A stretch of DNA of 64,000 nucleotides. Source: Naegleria gruberi (lineage: Eukaryota). Positions 45,372 to 54,347 of this stretch are shown here, one piece after another. A program made the position numbers and the translations under genes. The notes beneath the pieces are model-generated. The model did not search any database. It saw nothing but the letters and a program-made list of their open reading frames with translations, and was not told the DNA's origin. The first letter of the stretch is position 1. Each line of letters begins with the position of its first letter. The DNA lies in NCBI GenBank assembly GCA_000004985.1, contig GG738924.1; one strand, written 5' to 3'.

Positions 45372-46926
45372 ATGGACTCATCCACTCAAATTCGTCGTTT
45401 ACAAGTTATCAAATCTCATTTATATCAAGAGAATTCATCTTGGTCAACCAACATTGATTCTAATAATTGTGCAGCAACTTCTTCATGTCCACCTTCACCA
45501 ACACTTCTGGCCATGACCAAGGAAAAGATGGGAACAGGAATTCCCAATCAGAGACAAAAATTGGCCAAGTGGAATGGTTGGGATACAAGGACACAGATTT
45601 TACAATGAATTCCAAGAGGGAATGTTATGTGACTGGTGACAGGTACGTGATTGCTGGACAGTGTGTGCCAAATTTTCGTCCATGGTTTGAGAATTTCACT
45701 GGTTTGAATACAAAATTCGAATCTTCAATTCAATCATGGTCAGAAATGAAACAAAAAATTGAAAAGCCAAATATTTGTGAAAAATTTATTGAGGATTTAA
45801 GGCAAGTCAAATGTTACAAATATTTGACATTTGATGATGAGGCTCGTTTGATGCATTCTCATGGACATTGTTGTCAAGAGATTTATCAATTAAGATTTGG
45901 AAGATATGTTGGTAAATGTCAAGATTGTCACTCCAAAGGGAACTTGGTTTCTTCCATGTAATGTCCCACACAAGTCAACTGGACCAGATTTGATGCAGCT
46001 ATTTATGGGATCTGAAGGAATTTTGGGAATTGTGACAGAAGTGACATTAAGAGTAAGGAAATGTCCTGAATGTCAAGTTTATGGCTCTGTGTTGGTTCCT
46101 GATTTTGAGGCAGGAGTTGCTTGTCTTCATGAAGTTTCGAATAGAAGAGTTGCTACTGCTTCGATTCGTCTAATTGACAATTCTCAATTTCAGTTTGGTC
46201 AATCACTAAAACCTAAACAAGAAAGTAAGCTTGAAGGCCTTAGTGATTGGTTTAAGGGTTTGTACGTTACTAAGGTTTGTGGATTTGATAAGGAAAAGAT
46301 GTGTGTCATTACTTTATTATTCGAAGGAAGTCAATCTGACATTGACAGGCAACAGAAAATTATTTATGACATAACTGCTAAATATGGAGGACTTGTGGCA
46401 GGTGCTGAAGCTGGTTATCGAGGTTATTTACTGACCTATGTCATTGCTTATTTGAGAGATTATGGTTTCAATTATTATTTCATGTCAGAAAGTTTTGAAA
46501 CTTCAGCTCCTTGGTCAAGAGTCGTTCCAATAATCAAGAAAGTAGAAGAAAGAGTCAAAGAAAGTGCCAAGCAACGAGGATGTTCCAACACCATGGGTTT
46601 CGGCTCGTGTCACTCAAGTATACGAAACTGGTGCCTGTATCTATTTCTATTATGGATTCATCTTTAGAGGATTACAAGATCCAATTAAGGCATTCTCAGA
46701 GATTGAAGCTGAAGCAAGAGATGAAATCTTACTTCAAGGTGGAAGTTTATCTCATCATCACGGAGTTGGAAAGCTCAGAAAGGAATGGATGAGTCAAGTG
46801 GTGGGAGATCAAGGAGTTGAGATTTTGAAAAAGTTAAAGAATAATGTTGATCCTGATAATTTGTTTGGAAATGGAAATTTGGGATTGACTAGAGCTGATT
46901 TGAGTATTTCGGCAAATATCGAATAA
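45372..46926 (+). pseudogene. AGPS: Alkyldihydroxyacetonephosphate synthase (AGPS, peroxisomal ether-lipid enzyme) pseudogene or degraded copy. It has two frameshifts and lacks most of the FAD-binding PCMH domain.
   Basis: Three overlapping frames (45249..45608, 45467..45961, 45897..46667, 46564..46926) together read like AGPS. The N-terminal PTS2-like RRLQVIKSHL and KWNGW are present, but a missing G in a G-run breaks KWNGW|GYKD (~45582). HGHCCQEIYQLRFG is followed almost directly by EDMLVNVKIVTPKG (~45890), so the ~150-190 residues normally between them (the GGG..FAD-binding core) are absent. A +1 shift near 46578 separates ..ESAKQRG from VPTPWVSARVTQVYETGACIYFYYGF. The conserved C-terminus GGSLSHHHGVGKLRKEW..DPDNLFGNGNL is intact. 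Confidence 0.75.
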
Positions 46927-47019
46927 AGTCAATTTCGAATATTATTTAATAGTTAACCGTTGAGATCTAGTTTTTATTTTTTCAAGTAATTCCATGAGCA
47001 AAAACTCCAATCAAAATTA

Positions 47020-48009
47020 TTAAAGGTTTCGAATAATTCCAAAATACTTTTCCAAAATGTCCCACAACTCTTCCTCACTTTCAATAGTACGCTCTGTCAC
47101 ATTTCCCAACTTTCTAATTGTGAATTTTCTATCAACAATCGAATATCTACCTTCAGAAGTCATTAAGGCAACCAATACTATTTTAGTTTGTCCATGATTT
47201 GGATTCGTAGTTGCATACCAAGCTCCCAATTCAGCATCTAACAATGACATGATATTATCTTCTTCAAAATGCATGATATCCCACCATTCAGACTCTGGTT
47301 TGTTTTTATATTGAAGAAACCATTTCTTTTGGACAAGTTGACCATTTTCTTCATTGACATCTTGATGATTGATATTGGCACCAGTTTTAAATCGGTAGCA
47401 ACCCCACTTGTCATGATTTAATTTCGTACTTGTAAAAATCTTTCCCAAAACCAAACGAAATACCTCGCCAGTATTTTCACTCTTTTCACAACCATTACTT
47501 AAAAGGAGCGGAGATCTTGGTTGACCACCCCATCCCAAACCATTATCAACCAGATATCTATTTCCATCTTGACAATCAACCAAGAGAGCCATGTGTGTAG
47601 TGCAACTCAATGGCAATCCACTGTCCAATTCTGGAGCTACGAAACGATTGAGAAGTTTCACGCCAACTGTCGTGACAGAAAATCCAAATTCACGTAAAGC
47701 TCTGGCCAAGAGTAAGTTTTGTTCAAAGCAAAATCCTCCACGAGATTTCAATACGAGCTTGGTAAAGATATCATTTGGATCGAGGGAAACTTTGATTGAA
47801 TCTGGGAGGGAAGAATCTGAACTAAACATGCGCATCTCTGGATAAAGAGTTGCCAAATTTTCGAATGGAATGTGAATGGCATGATTCCATGAAATGGTGT
47901 GTAATAGAGAATAAGAGTTGCCACATGTGTCAATCAATTGTTTTTCAACATTTTCACGAGAAACTAAACCAATACGGTTGAGATAACTGTCAATATCAAA
48001 TATGTCCAT
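47020..48009 (-). CDS. Arylamine N-acetyltransferase (NAT family)
   Basis: 329-aa ORF with ATG at 48009. Contains the NAT active-site region RGGFCFEQNLLLARALREFGF (catalytic Cys in RGG-x-C-F-E-x-N), the downstream His/Asp region and overall NAT length. Confidence 0.82.
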   Translation of the reverse strand: MDIFDIDSYLNRIGLVSRENVEKQLIDTCGNSYSLLHTISWNHAIHIPFENLATLYPEMRMFSSDSSLPDSIKVSLDPNDIFTKLVLKSRGGFCFEQNLLLARALREFGFSVTTVGVKLLNRFVAPELDSGLPLSCTTHMALLVDCQDGNRYLVDNGLGWGGQPRSPLLLSNGCEKSENTGEVFRLVLGKIFTSTKLNHDKWGCYRFKTGANINHQDVNEENGQLVQKKWFLQYKNKPESEWWDIMHFEEDNIMSLLDAELGAWYATTNPNHGQTKIVLVALMTSEGRYSIVDRKFTIRKLGNVTERTIESEEELWDILEKYFGIIRNL

Positions 48010-48223
48010 TTTTTTGATGCCAGTTGGAAAAACTCAACGATTATTGTTTACAAATTTGGATTAATGAGAATTGGATTAATAATTTAGCCGTTCAAAAAGA
48101 TTTTTTTGTAAATTACAATTTTGTTGTTAAATTGTCTCATGGAAGATATTTTCAATGAGACAAATGTTACTTACCTTAATTAAGCTGGAGGATGTGAGAG
48201 GACGAAAATTTTGTTGACCATAA

Positions 48224-48311
48224 GGGTGGTTAGCTCAGCGGTAGAGCACCGGATTGCAAAGTTATTTGCAGCAGACATCCGATGGTCAGGTGTTCGATCC
48301 ACGTACCACCC
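48224..48311 (+). tRNA. tRNA-Cys (anticodon GCA) with a ~17-nt intron 3' of position 37
   Basis: GGGTGGTTAGCTCAGCGGTAGAGCACCGGATTGCAAA[gttatttgcagcagaca]TCCGATGGTCAGGTGTTCGATCCACGTACCACCC. The acceptor stem is fully paired, the anticodon loop TTGCAAA has U33 and A37, the T-loop is TTCGATC and the discriminator is U73 (a Cys identity element). The intron contains TTGCAG, which can pair with the anticodon region. A TTTT terminator follows 8 nt downstream. The isotype call depends on the intron placement. Confidence 0.7.
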
Positions 48312-48631
48312 TACCTTTTAATATTATGCAATAGTAAATAATTTATTTATTGTGTTGTCAACGATTCCTTAGTTTCGATCTTTAAATTTGTTGAAAAATA
48401 GAGAGAATTCTATTTTCTTAAATATTGCCTTGAAGAATATTGATTTGACTTGTAATTTGAAATATGAGTTGAAAAGTAAAATAGTAAATTGAAGTATTAG
48501 GGGAAATCAGATTTCTATCCAAATTTGGAACCTTACATCTAACTTTTTGAGTTTGTTCCAAATGAAAAACTATTCGAAATGGTTTAAATTATCACCATCG
48601 TTGAACTATTCCATACAACAAAAACAAAAAA

Positions 48632-49591
48632 ATGAAAGTAAATCTACTCTTTTCAATTGCAATTCTACTCTTACTTGCAATACTCTCAGTTCAAGCAACT
48701 GACAGCTATCAAACCAAACCTCCAGTTGTCGTAGTTGACAAGTATCACAAACCAAGAATTTGTAAGAGAAAATGCTTAAAGCACAAGTGGATTAAGAAGT
48801 GTTTGAAACACAAACTCGTCGGTCAAAAGAAGGTCTGTGATCAATATGCCATTGTCGGTGCTGGCAAATGTCTCAAACATAAGAAATATTCCAAATGTGA
48901 CAAGTATAGCAAGGCAACAAAGAAGTGTGTCTTGCATGCATACAAGATTGTTGGATGTGCCAAGAAGAAGTATTGGAAAGTTTGCGATTCTTATGGAACT
49001 AAGAAGATTTGTATCAAGAAGGGTTTCAAGAAATTCTGTGCCAAGTACAAGATTATCAACAAGTGTGTTAAGAAGGGATATAAGAAGATCTGTAAGAAAT
49101 TCAAGAAGGTTCCAATCAAGAAGTGTGAAAAGAAGAAGGTCTGTGATAAGTACACTGTTGACTCTTATAATAAGAAGGTTGCCAAATGTAGATATGTTAA
49201 AAAGTGCAAGATTGTTTCATGGGCAAAGAAATGTGCCAAGTATAAGAAGGTTAAATATTGTAAGGAGAGAAAATCCATTAAGAAATGTTGTCTCATTAAG
49301 AAGAAATTCTTCTGTGCCAAACATAAGACTATCAAGTTCTGTAAACACAAGAAGACTATTTCTAAATGTGTCAAATATAACAAGAAGAAGTATTGTGCCA
49401 AGTCAATTGTCATTCCACCAAGATGTATCAAGAAGAAGTATTATAAGAAGTGTTTGAAACGTTCAAAGGGAAAGAAGATTTGTAAGAAATTCAAATTAGT
49501 TGGTGGAAAGAAGAAGTGTTGCAAGTCAATCAAGAAGAAGATTTGTATCAAGAGAAAGACATGCAAGAAGCCAATCATCAAAACCTTGTAA
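48632..49591 (+). CDS. Secreted, extremely Lys/Cys-rich repetitive protein (polycationic; repeated KKC-x-K-[HY]-K units)
   Basis: 319-aa ORF with ATG at 48632. It has a signal peptide MKVNLLFSIAILLLLAILSVQA. The mature part is roughly one-third Lys and ~15% Cys, with Cys spaced every ~6-12 residues in a degenerate repeat (CLKHKWIKKCLKHK..CAKKKYWKVC..KKCEKKKVC..). Confidence 0.6.
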   Translation: MKVNLLFSIAILLLLAILSVQATDSYQTKPPVVVVDKYHKPRICKRKCLKHKWIKKCLKHKLVGQKKVCDQYAIVGAGKCLKHKKYSKCDKYSKATKKCVLHAYKIVGCAKKKYWKVCDSYGTKKICIKKGFKKFCAKYKIINKCVKKGYKKICKKFKKVPIKKCEKKKVCDKYTVDSYNKKVAKCRYVKKCKIVSWAKKCAKYKKVKYCKERKSIKKCCLIKKKFFCAKHKTIKFCKHKKTISKCVKYNKKKYCAKSIVIPPRCIKKKYYKKCLKRSKGKKICKKFKLVGGKKKCCKSIKKKICIKRKTCKKPIIKTL

Positions 49592-49870
49592 ATTAACTGA
49601 ATTTGCTTATGTGAGAAATATTACCAAATAAATTAAACTATTTCGCTACCCTTTATTTGGAAACTTTGGATGATAATATCCATCAACCAAAGACCAATTG
49701 CACATTCAGTTTCAGATGTACAAGATCCAAATGAAGCTCTGAAACTATTCACTTTTTGGACATCCTTAATACTTTGAACAGTCAATAGCTGCACATGAGT
49801 GGAGCACCTTGTTGTGAAAAGTGAGATTCTAAGGGAAAGTTTGTTTACAAGTCGAGAAGGATTTGAAAGA

Positions 49871-51757
49871 TTAATCTTGTAAGATTTTGTTGGCCTTTCT
49901 CCAATTTTCAACAATGATCCTCACTGATTTGTTACTAGATTTCAATCTTTCGAATAGATCGGTCATGTTATTGAGACATGCAACTCGAACAATGTCAAAT
50001 AATGTACTGGCTATGAGTGAATCATCATTCACACTCAGAATTTCATGTTCAATTCTCAGATAAATTTGGTCAATGTTGGCAATATTCAATTCTAATGGAG
50101 ATCCTTCTTTCAGGTAGGTTTTCAATATTTTCATTGCCACCAGTTTCTTATTCTTTCGTTTGGGGGATTTTCTGAAATTTTCAATATCTCTATATGCTAA
50201 AACATCTTCATTACAATAACTCCTTGTCGCAAAATCCAATAACAATGCAAATGTCTTCCTATTTTTCAAAAATAATTCAAGTTCTGATTGAGCATACTCA
50301 GCTTGATGATTATCATTACGAATGGCATAAATGACAGGAAGAATGACTGAAATAATTATTTCCAATAATGAATAGGTCAGTAGAGTAAATCCAAATGGAA
50401 CGAAATAATCTGTCAAGAATCTGATAATCTCAATTTGTCCACTAATTATATAAGCAAGTGATAAAGCCACTTGAATAAATACCAAAACAAAAGCTTCAGT
50501 CTTAATTGACCAAGTATCTCTATCAACAAAGAAGAGAATGATCAAAAAGCTCACTTCTATCACAATGTAGAGTGCTGCTTCTGCTCCCAGCAATATAACA
50601 GTATTTGAGGTTGTAACACATCCACTATTAAATGCAAATGGACTCACATTCCACAAGAATATTCTCTTTCCACTATTACTATACGAAAGTTCATCAATTC
50701 CTCCCAATAAAGCCCAAATAGATAAGTGAATAATGAATGAAATTGTATAAGTGATTGCAATAAACTTGTAGCTCACCAAATATGAAAATATTTTGAACTT
50801 TTTGTCAGAGAAAATTGCAGAAGTGTTGTCAATGTCAGAAGAAGTGACCCACGTTTTTTGATCTTGTTCATCATGGACATCTTCTCCAGTTTCTGGAGTA
50901 ACCCGTGTTGTTGTAATCTGTTCTGAAGTTTGTGATGCATCGTTTGGATTTTCTTGTGATATATTTGAAATGGTACTCGAGTTATCAAATGTTTTTGGTG
51001 TCAATAATTCTGGTTGACTTGTCTCTGATAATTCCGTAGAAGATCCATGTTGTATAGATGCTAATGGAAGAATGGTAATACCTTTCAATTTGTCATCCTC
51101 TTGAACTTGTTGATCCACATTTTGTTCCTTTTTCACATTGGTCAATTGTTGTGGTTTTTCACTTTTCGTCTGAAACATTTGTGCCTTCTTCTTATTGAGT
51201 AAATACATGAAATAAATCCTCAAACATCGAAATACAGTTGGCAGACACAAACTAGGAATAATGATGAAAAACGAAAAAGTGTACAAGAAACATGGAAATA
51301 TTTTCCTCGAAATTGTAAATCGTAGACATGTAATGACCACAAAAGCCAAACTAGCTGATATTGTCAGTAGCATGTAAACTGGATTCCTAGCTTTGATGTG
51401 TCCACTCTTTCTCTTCCAAATAACTCCAACAGTTCCAAAAAGTGCCAACGTCAAATAGAGTGTCAAGAAGATGGATGCGATGATTGGTGTAAAGATGCTG
51501 TCTGGGCAAATATTATTTACCACTGTTGCATTGTATCCTTCACGACTCAAGTCTCCTAGATTGAACAATCTTTCGTCACATATTGAATAATTTGTTGTTG
51601 AGGTATTGTTGTTGGAAAGTTGTTGTTGTTGAATAGAATAAATTGTTGTTGCTATTGGATAACGATAATGAAAAGATTCTTGAATAAATGATGAAAGAAG
51701 GGTAAATATTCGAAATTGGGTTTCATTATTTTGACCTGCATGATGCAGCTGGTACAT
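49871..51757 (-). CDS. Seven-transmembrane receptor fused to a C-terminal RGS domain (7TM-RGS, AtRGS1-like architecture), copy 1 of a tandem pair
   Basis: 628-aa ORF with ATG at 51757. It has an N-terminal Cys-containing ectodomain (SICDERLFNLGDLSREGYNATVVNNICPDS), seven hydrophobic helices with a long Ser-rich third loop and a C-terminal RGS domain (KNRKTFALLLDFATRSYCNEDVLAYRDIENFRK..ILKTYLKEGSPLELNIANID..LFDIVRVACLNNMTDLFERL). Confidence 0.8.
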   Translation of the reverse strand: MYQLHHAGQNNETQFRIFTLLSSFIQESFHYRYPIATTIYSIQQQQLSNNNTSTTNYSICDERLFNLGDLSREGYNATVVNNICPDSIFTPIIASIFLTLYLTLALFGTVGVIWKRKSGHIKARNPVYMLLTISASLAFVVITCLRFTISRKIFPCFLYTFSFFIIIPSLCLPTVFRCLRIYFMYLLNKKKAQMFQTKSEKPQQLTNVKKEQNVDQQVQEDDKLKGITILPLASIQHGSSTELSETSQPELLTPKTFDNSSTISNISQENPNDASQTSEQITTTRVTPETGEDVHDEQDQKTWVTSSDIDNTSAIFSDKKFKIFSYLVSYKFIAITYTISFIIHLSIWALLGGIDELSYSNSGKRIFLWNVSPFAFNSGCVTTSNTVILLGAEAALYIVIEVSFLIILFFVDRDTWSIKTEAFVLVFIQVALSLAYIISGQIEIIRFLTDYFVPFGFTLLTYSLLEIIISVILPVIYAIRNDNHQAEYAQSELELFLKNRKTFALLLDFATRSYCNEDVLAYRDIENFRKSPKRKNKKLVAMKILKTYLKEGSPLELNIANIDQIYLRIEHEILSVNDDSLIASTLFDIVRVACLNNMTDLFERLKSSNKSVRIIVENWRKANKILQD

Positions 51758-51825
51758 TGTTGTCTTTTGGACGCAATTTTTTTGTTGTTGCTTGTCTCAC
51801 ACAATTAGGATATCCTACAGATCAC

Positions 51826-53757
51826 CTACAGGTTTAAACTGTTTCTACGAAAGTTAATAACCATTTCTTGTATGTTCTTGTCTGTGGCTTTCAATCTTTC
51901 AAATACATCAACCATGTTATTTAGACAGAGAACTCTAATATCATCAAACAAGGTATTGGGAATCAGAGAAGGGTTTGTTGCTTTTTGGAGAATTGATTCA
52001 ATTTCTTCATACTTTTTGGAAAGGTTTGACATGTTGAGCTCGAGAGAAGATCCACTTTTAAGATAGGTTTTCAATATTTTCGTGGCAACCTTCTTCTTGT
52101 GCTTTTTGGAAATCTTTCTAAACTTTTCAATGTCTCTGAAGGCAAGAACATCTTCAGGGCAGTAGCATCTTCTGGAAAATTCTAAAAGTAAGGCAAATGT
52201 TTTTCTATTTTTGAGAACCGTCTCAATTTCAGTTTGGGAATATCCTCCATTCTCGGTATTTAATTGTTTTTGAAACTTTCTGTCATCAATAATTGCATAA
52301 ATTACAGGTAACAATACAGCAATAAATATTTCAAATACTGAATAGGTCAGTAGAGTAAATCCAAACGGAACGAAATAATCTGTCAAAAATCTAATCACCT
52401 CAATTTGACCACTAACTAAGAATGCAATAGCTGTTATGATTTGAATCACAATTAATACAAAGGTATCTCTTTTGATATGAAAAGCATCTCTATCAGCAAA
52501 GAATAATGGAATAAAGAATGCAATCTCGATAATAATGTAGATGGCTGCCTCTGCTGCCAACATAAAGACAGTGTTAGTGTTAGTAACACAGCCTGTAGTT
52601 GCTGCAAACATGCTGATATTCCACAAGAATACTCTTTTTCCTCCATTACTAACAACAAGTTCATCGGCTCCTCCAAATATTGCCCAAATAATAAGATGCA
52701 AAATGAAGGCAACAATATACGATGAAGCAATGAGTTTGTAACTCACCAAGAAGGAATAAACCTTAAATTTCCTATCATTATAAACTGATTCTGTATAGTC
52801 CACATCAGTTGAGGTAACCCATGAACGGGAATCATCTTCAGTGTCTGAATCTACCTCACTTTTTCGTTGTTCTGATGAAACATGACTTGATGTATTGTTG
52901 TCAGTCAATGGGGTATCGGGAATGTGTGGAATAACAACACCATTATTATTGGTAGTAGTAGTAATTTCTGGAAAGGTGAATTTTTCCACACTAAAAGGTT
53001 CAACTACATCTTGATGTTCTGTTAAAGTGGTGGGAATTAATTCAAAATTGACCACTCTACTTGATGTGAGAGCTTCCCTAGACGTCGATGGACTATTGTC
53101 TTGTTGGTGACTCTGTGAATCTCTTGCTGTTGTGATGTGAGATACCACCAATGAGAGGGAAGAATTATTGTTGAGTGCAGATGATGAAGCTGAATGTTTT
53201 GATGATTCAAAAGTCATTGCTTTTCTTATATTCAACTTGTACATGAAAAAGATACGAATGAATCGGAATACTGCTGGAAGACACATTGCAGGCACTGTGA
53301 TAAAGTATGAAATAGTGTATAAAAAGCAGGGGAATATCTTTCTTCCTATAATAAATCGCAAACAAGTTGTTACGACAAAGTACAAAGTTGCCGAGATGGT
53401 CAAAATCATATGAAGTGGATTACGAGCCTTGATGTGTCCACTGTTTCTCTTCCACAACACTCCAATAATAGCCAAAGTAACCAAACACAAATAAACAAAT
53501 AGAAAAACTGCTGAAACTATTGGAGTGAAGATACTATCTGGACAAATGTTATTGACCATCGTGGCATTATATCCTTCTCGGCTCAGTTCTCCCAATTTAA
53601 AGAGTCTCTCATCACAAATAGATGATGTTGAATTACTATTTGATGAGGTATTTGATGATGCAACCAATAAAGAAGAAATAATTGTTGGCACTTGACTGCT
53701 CACGCTACTGAAGAAATATTGCAATACTTGTTGTAGTGGAATGAGTTGTGCAACCAT
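51826..53757 (-). CDS. Seven-transmembrane receptor fused to a C-terminal RGS domain (7TM-RGS), copy 2 of a tandem pair
   Basis: The track ORF 51826..53820 starts at an alternative TTG. The first ATG is at 53757 (MVAQLIPLQQ..). Domain order and many blocks are shared with the gene at 49871..51757 (SICDERLFKLGELSREGYNATMVNNICPDSIFTP; TM helices; KNRKTFALLLEFSRRCYCPEDVLAFRDIEKFRK). Confidence 0.8.
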   Translation of the reverse strand: MVAQLIPLQQVLQYFFSSVSSQVPTIISSLLVASSNTSSNSNSTSSICDERLFKLGELSREGYNATMVNNICPDSIFTPIVSAVFLFVYLCLVTLAIIGVLWKRNSGHIKARNPLHMILTISATLYFVVTTCLRFIIGRKIFPCFLYTISYFITVPAMCLPAVFRFIRIFFMYKLNIRKAMTFESSKHSASSSALNNNSSLSLVVSHITTARDSQSHQQDNSPSTSREALTSSRVVNFELIPTTLTEHQDVVEPFSVEKFTFPEITTTTNNNGVVIPHIPDTPLTDNNTSSHVSSEQRKSEVDSDTEDDSRSWVTSTDVDYTESVYNDRKFKVYSFLVSYKLIASSYIVAFILHLIIWAIFGGADELVVSNGGKRVFLWNISMFAATTGCVTNTNTVFMLAAEAAIYIIIEIAFFIPLFFADRDAFHIKRDTFVLIVIQIITAIAFLVSGQIEVIRFLTDYFVPFGFTLLTYSVFEIFIAVLLPVIYAIIDDRKFQKQLNTENGGYSQTEIETVLKNRKTFALLLEFSRRCYCPEDVLAFRDIEKFRKISKKHKKKVATKILKTYLKSGSSLELNMSNLSKKYEEIESILQKATNPSLIPNTLFDDIRVLCLNNMVDVFERLKATDKNIQEMVINFRRNSLNL

Positions 53758-54347
53758 TTTCTTTGTTGTGATCTTCAGCAACAGTGTTGACAACTTTGAT
53801 GGGAAAGGAAACTTTTCCAAGCCTCCGAAACAAAACGGGTTGATGTTATGCCTTACATATCATCTCGACTCGATTTTTTGGTTATGAAAATTTTTTGTGA
53901 TGTGTTGATTGGTATTGTATAATCTTTTTTAGGACCAAAGCTGTAATAATAATTTTTAAAAAATATTTGAAAAAGATATTGTTAATAATAATATCGGGTT
54001 GATGTTGTTAGTGTTTGAGTGGGTTAACAAGTTGAAACACCTGAAGGAATTTCAGATCAGCACGATGAGATTATTTAAATAGTAGTGGTTTTTAAATTTT
54101 TATTGTTGGACAAGTGTTCGTTGAGGAATGACCATACTCAATTCATCAATTACACGAATAACAATTTGAATATCGCCAAACAATCACTGTGTTTTACTCT
54201 TTACTTTGTGTGCTCAACAATAAAAAGAGTACTAGCCTTGAAAGCTTGTTTAGATTCTTACTGCCTTGATGTGTAACATGTCAGCCAATCTAAGGAAGTA
54301 AACGAAATATAAAAAAATATGAAACTCGTCATCACCGTTACATCAAC

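Noticed and set aside
45897-45961. Possibility that both overlapping frames at 45897..45961 encode AGPS-like sequence (CHSKGNLV versus VKIVTPKG)
   Set aside because: Only the VKIVTPKG frame matches a conserved AGPS block convincingly. The CH..V resemblance in the other frame is too weak. This is treated as a deletion junction, not dual coding.
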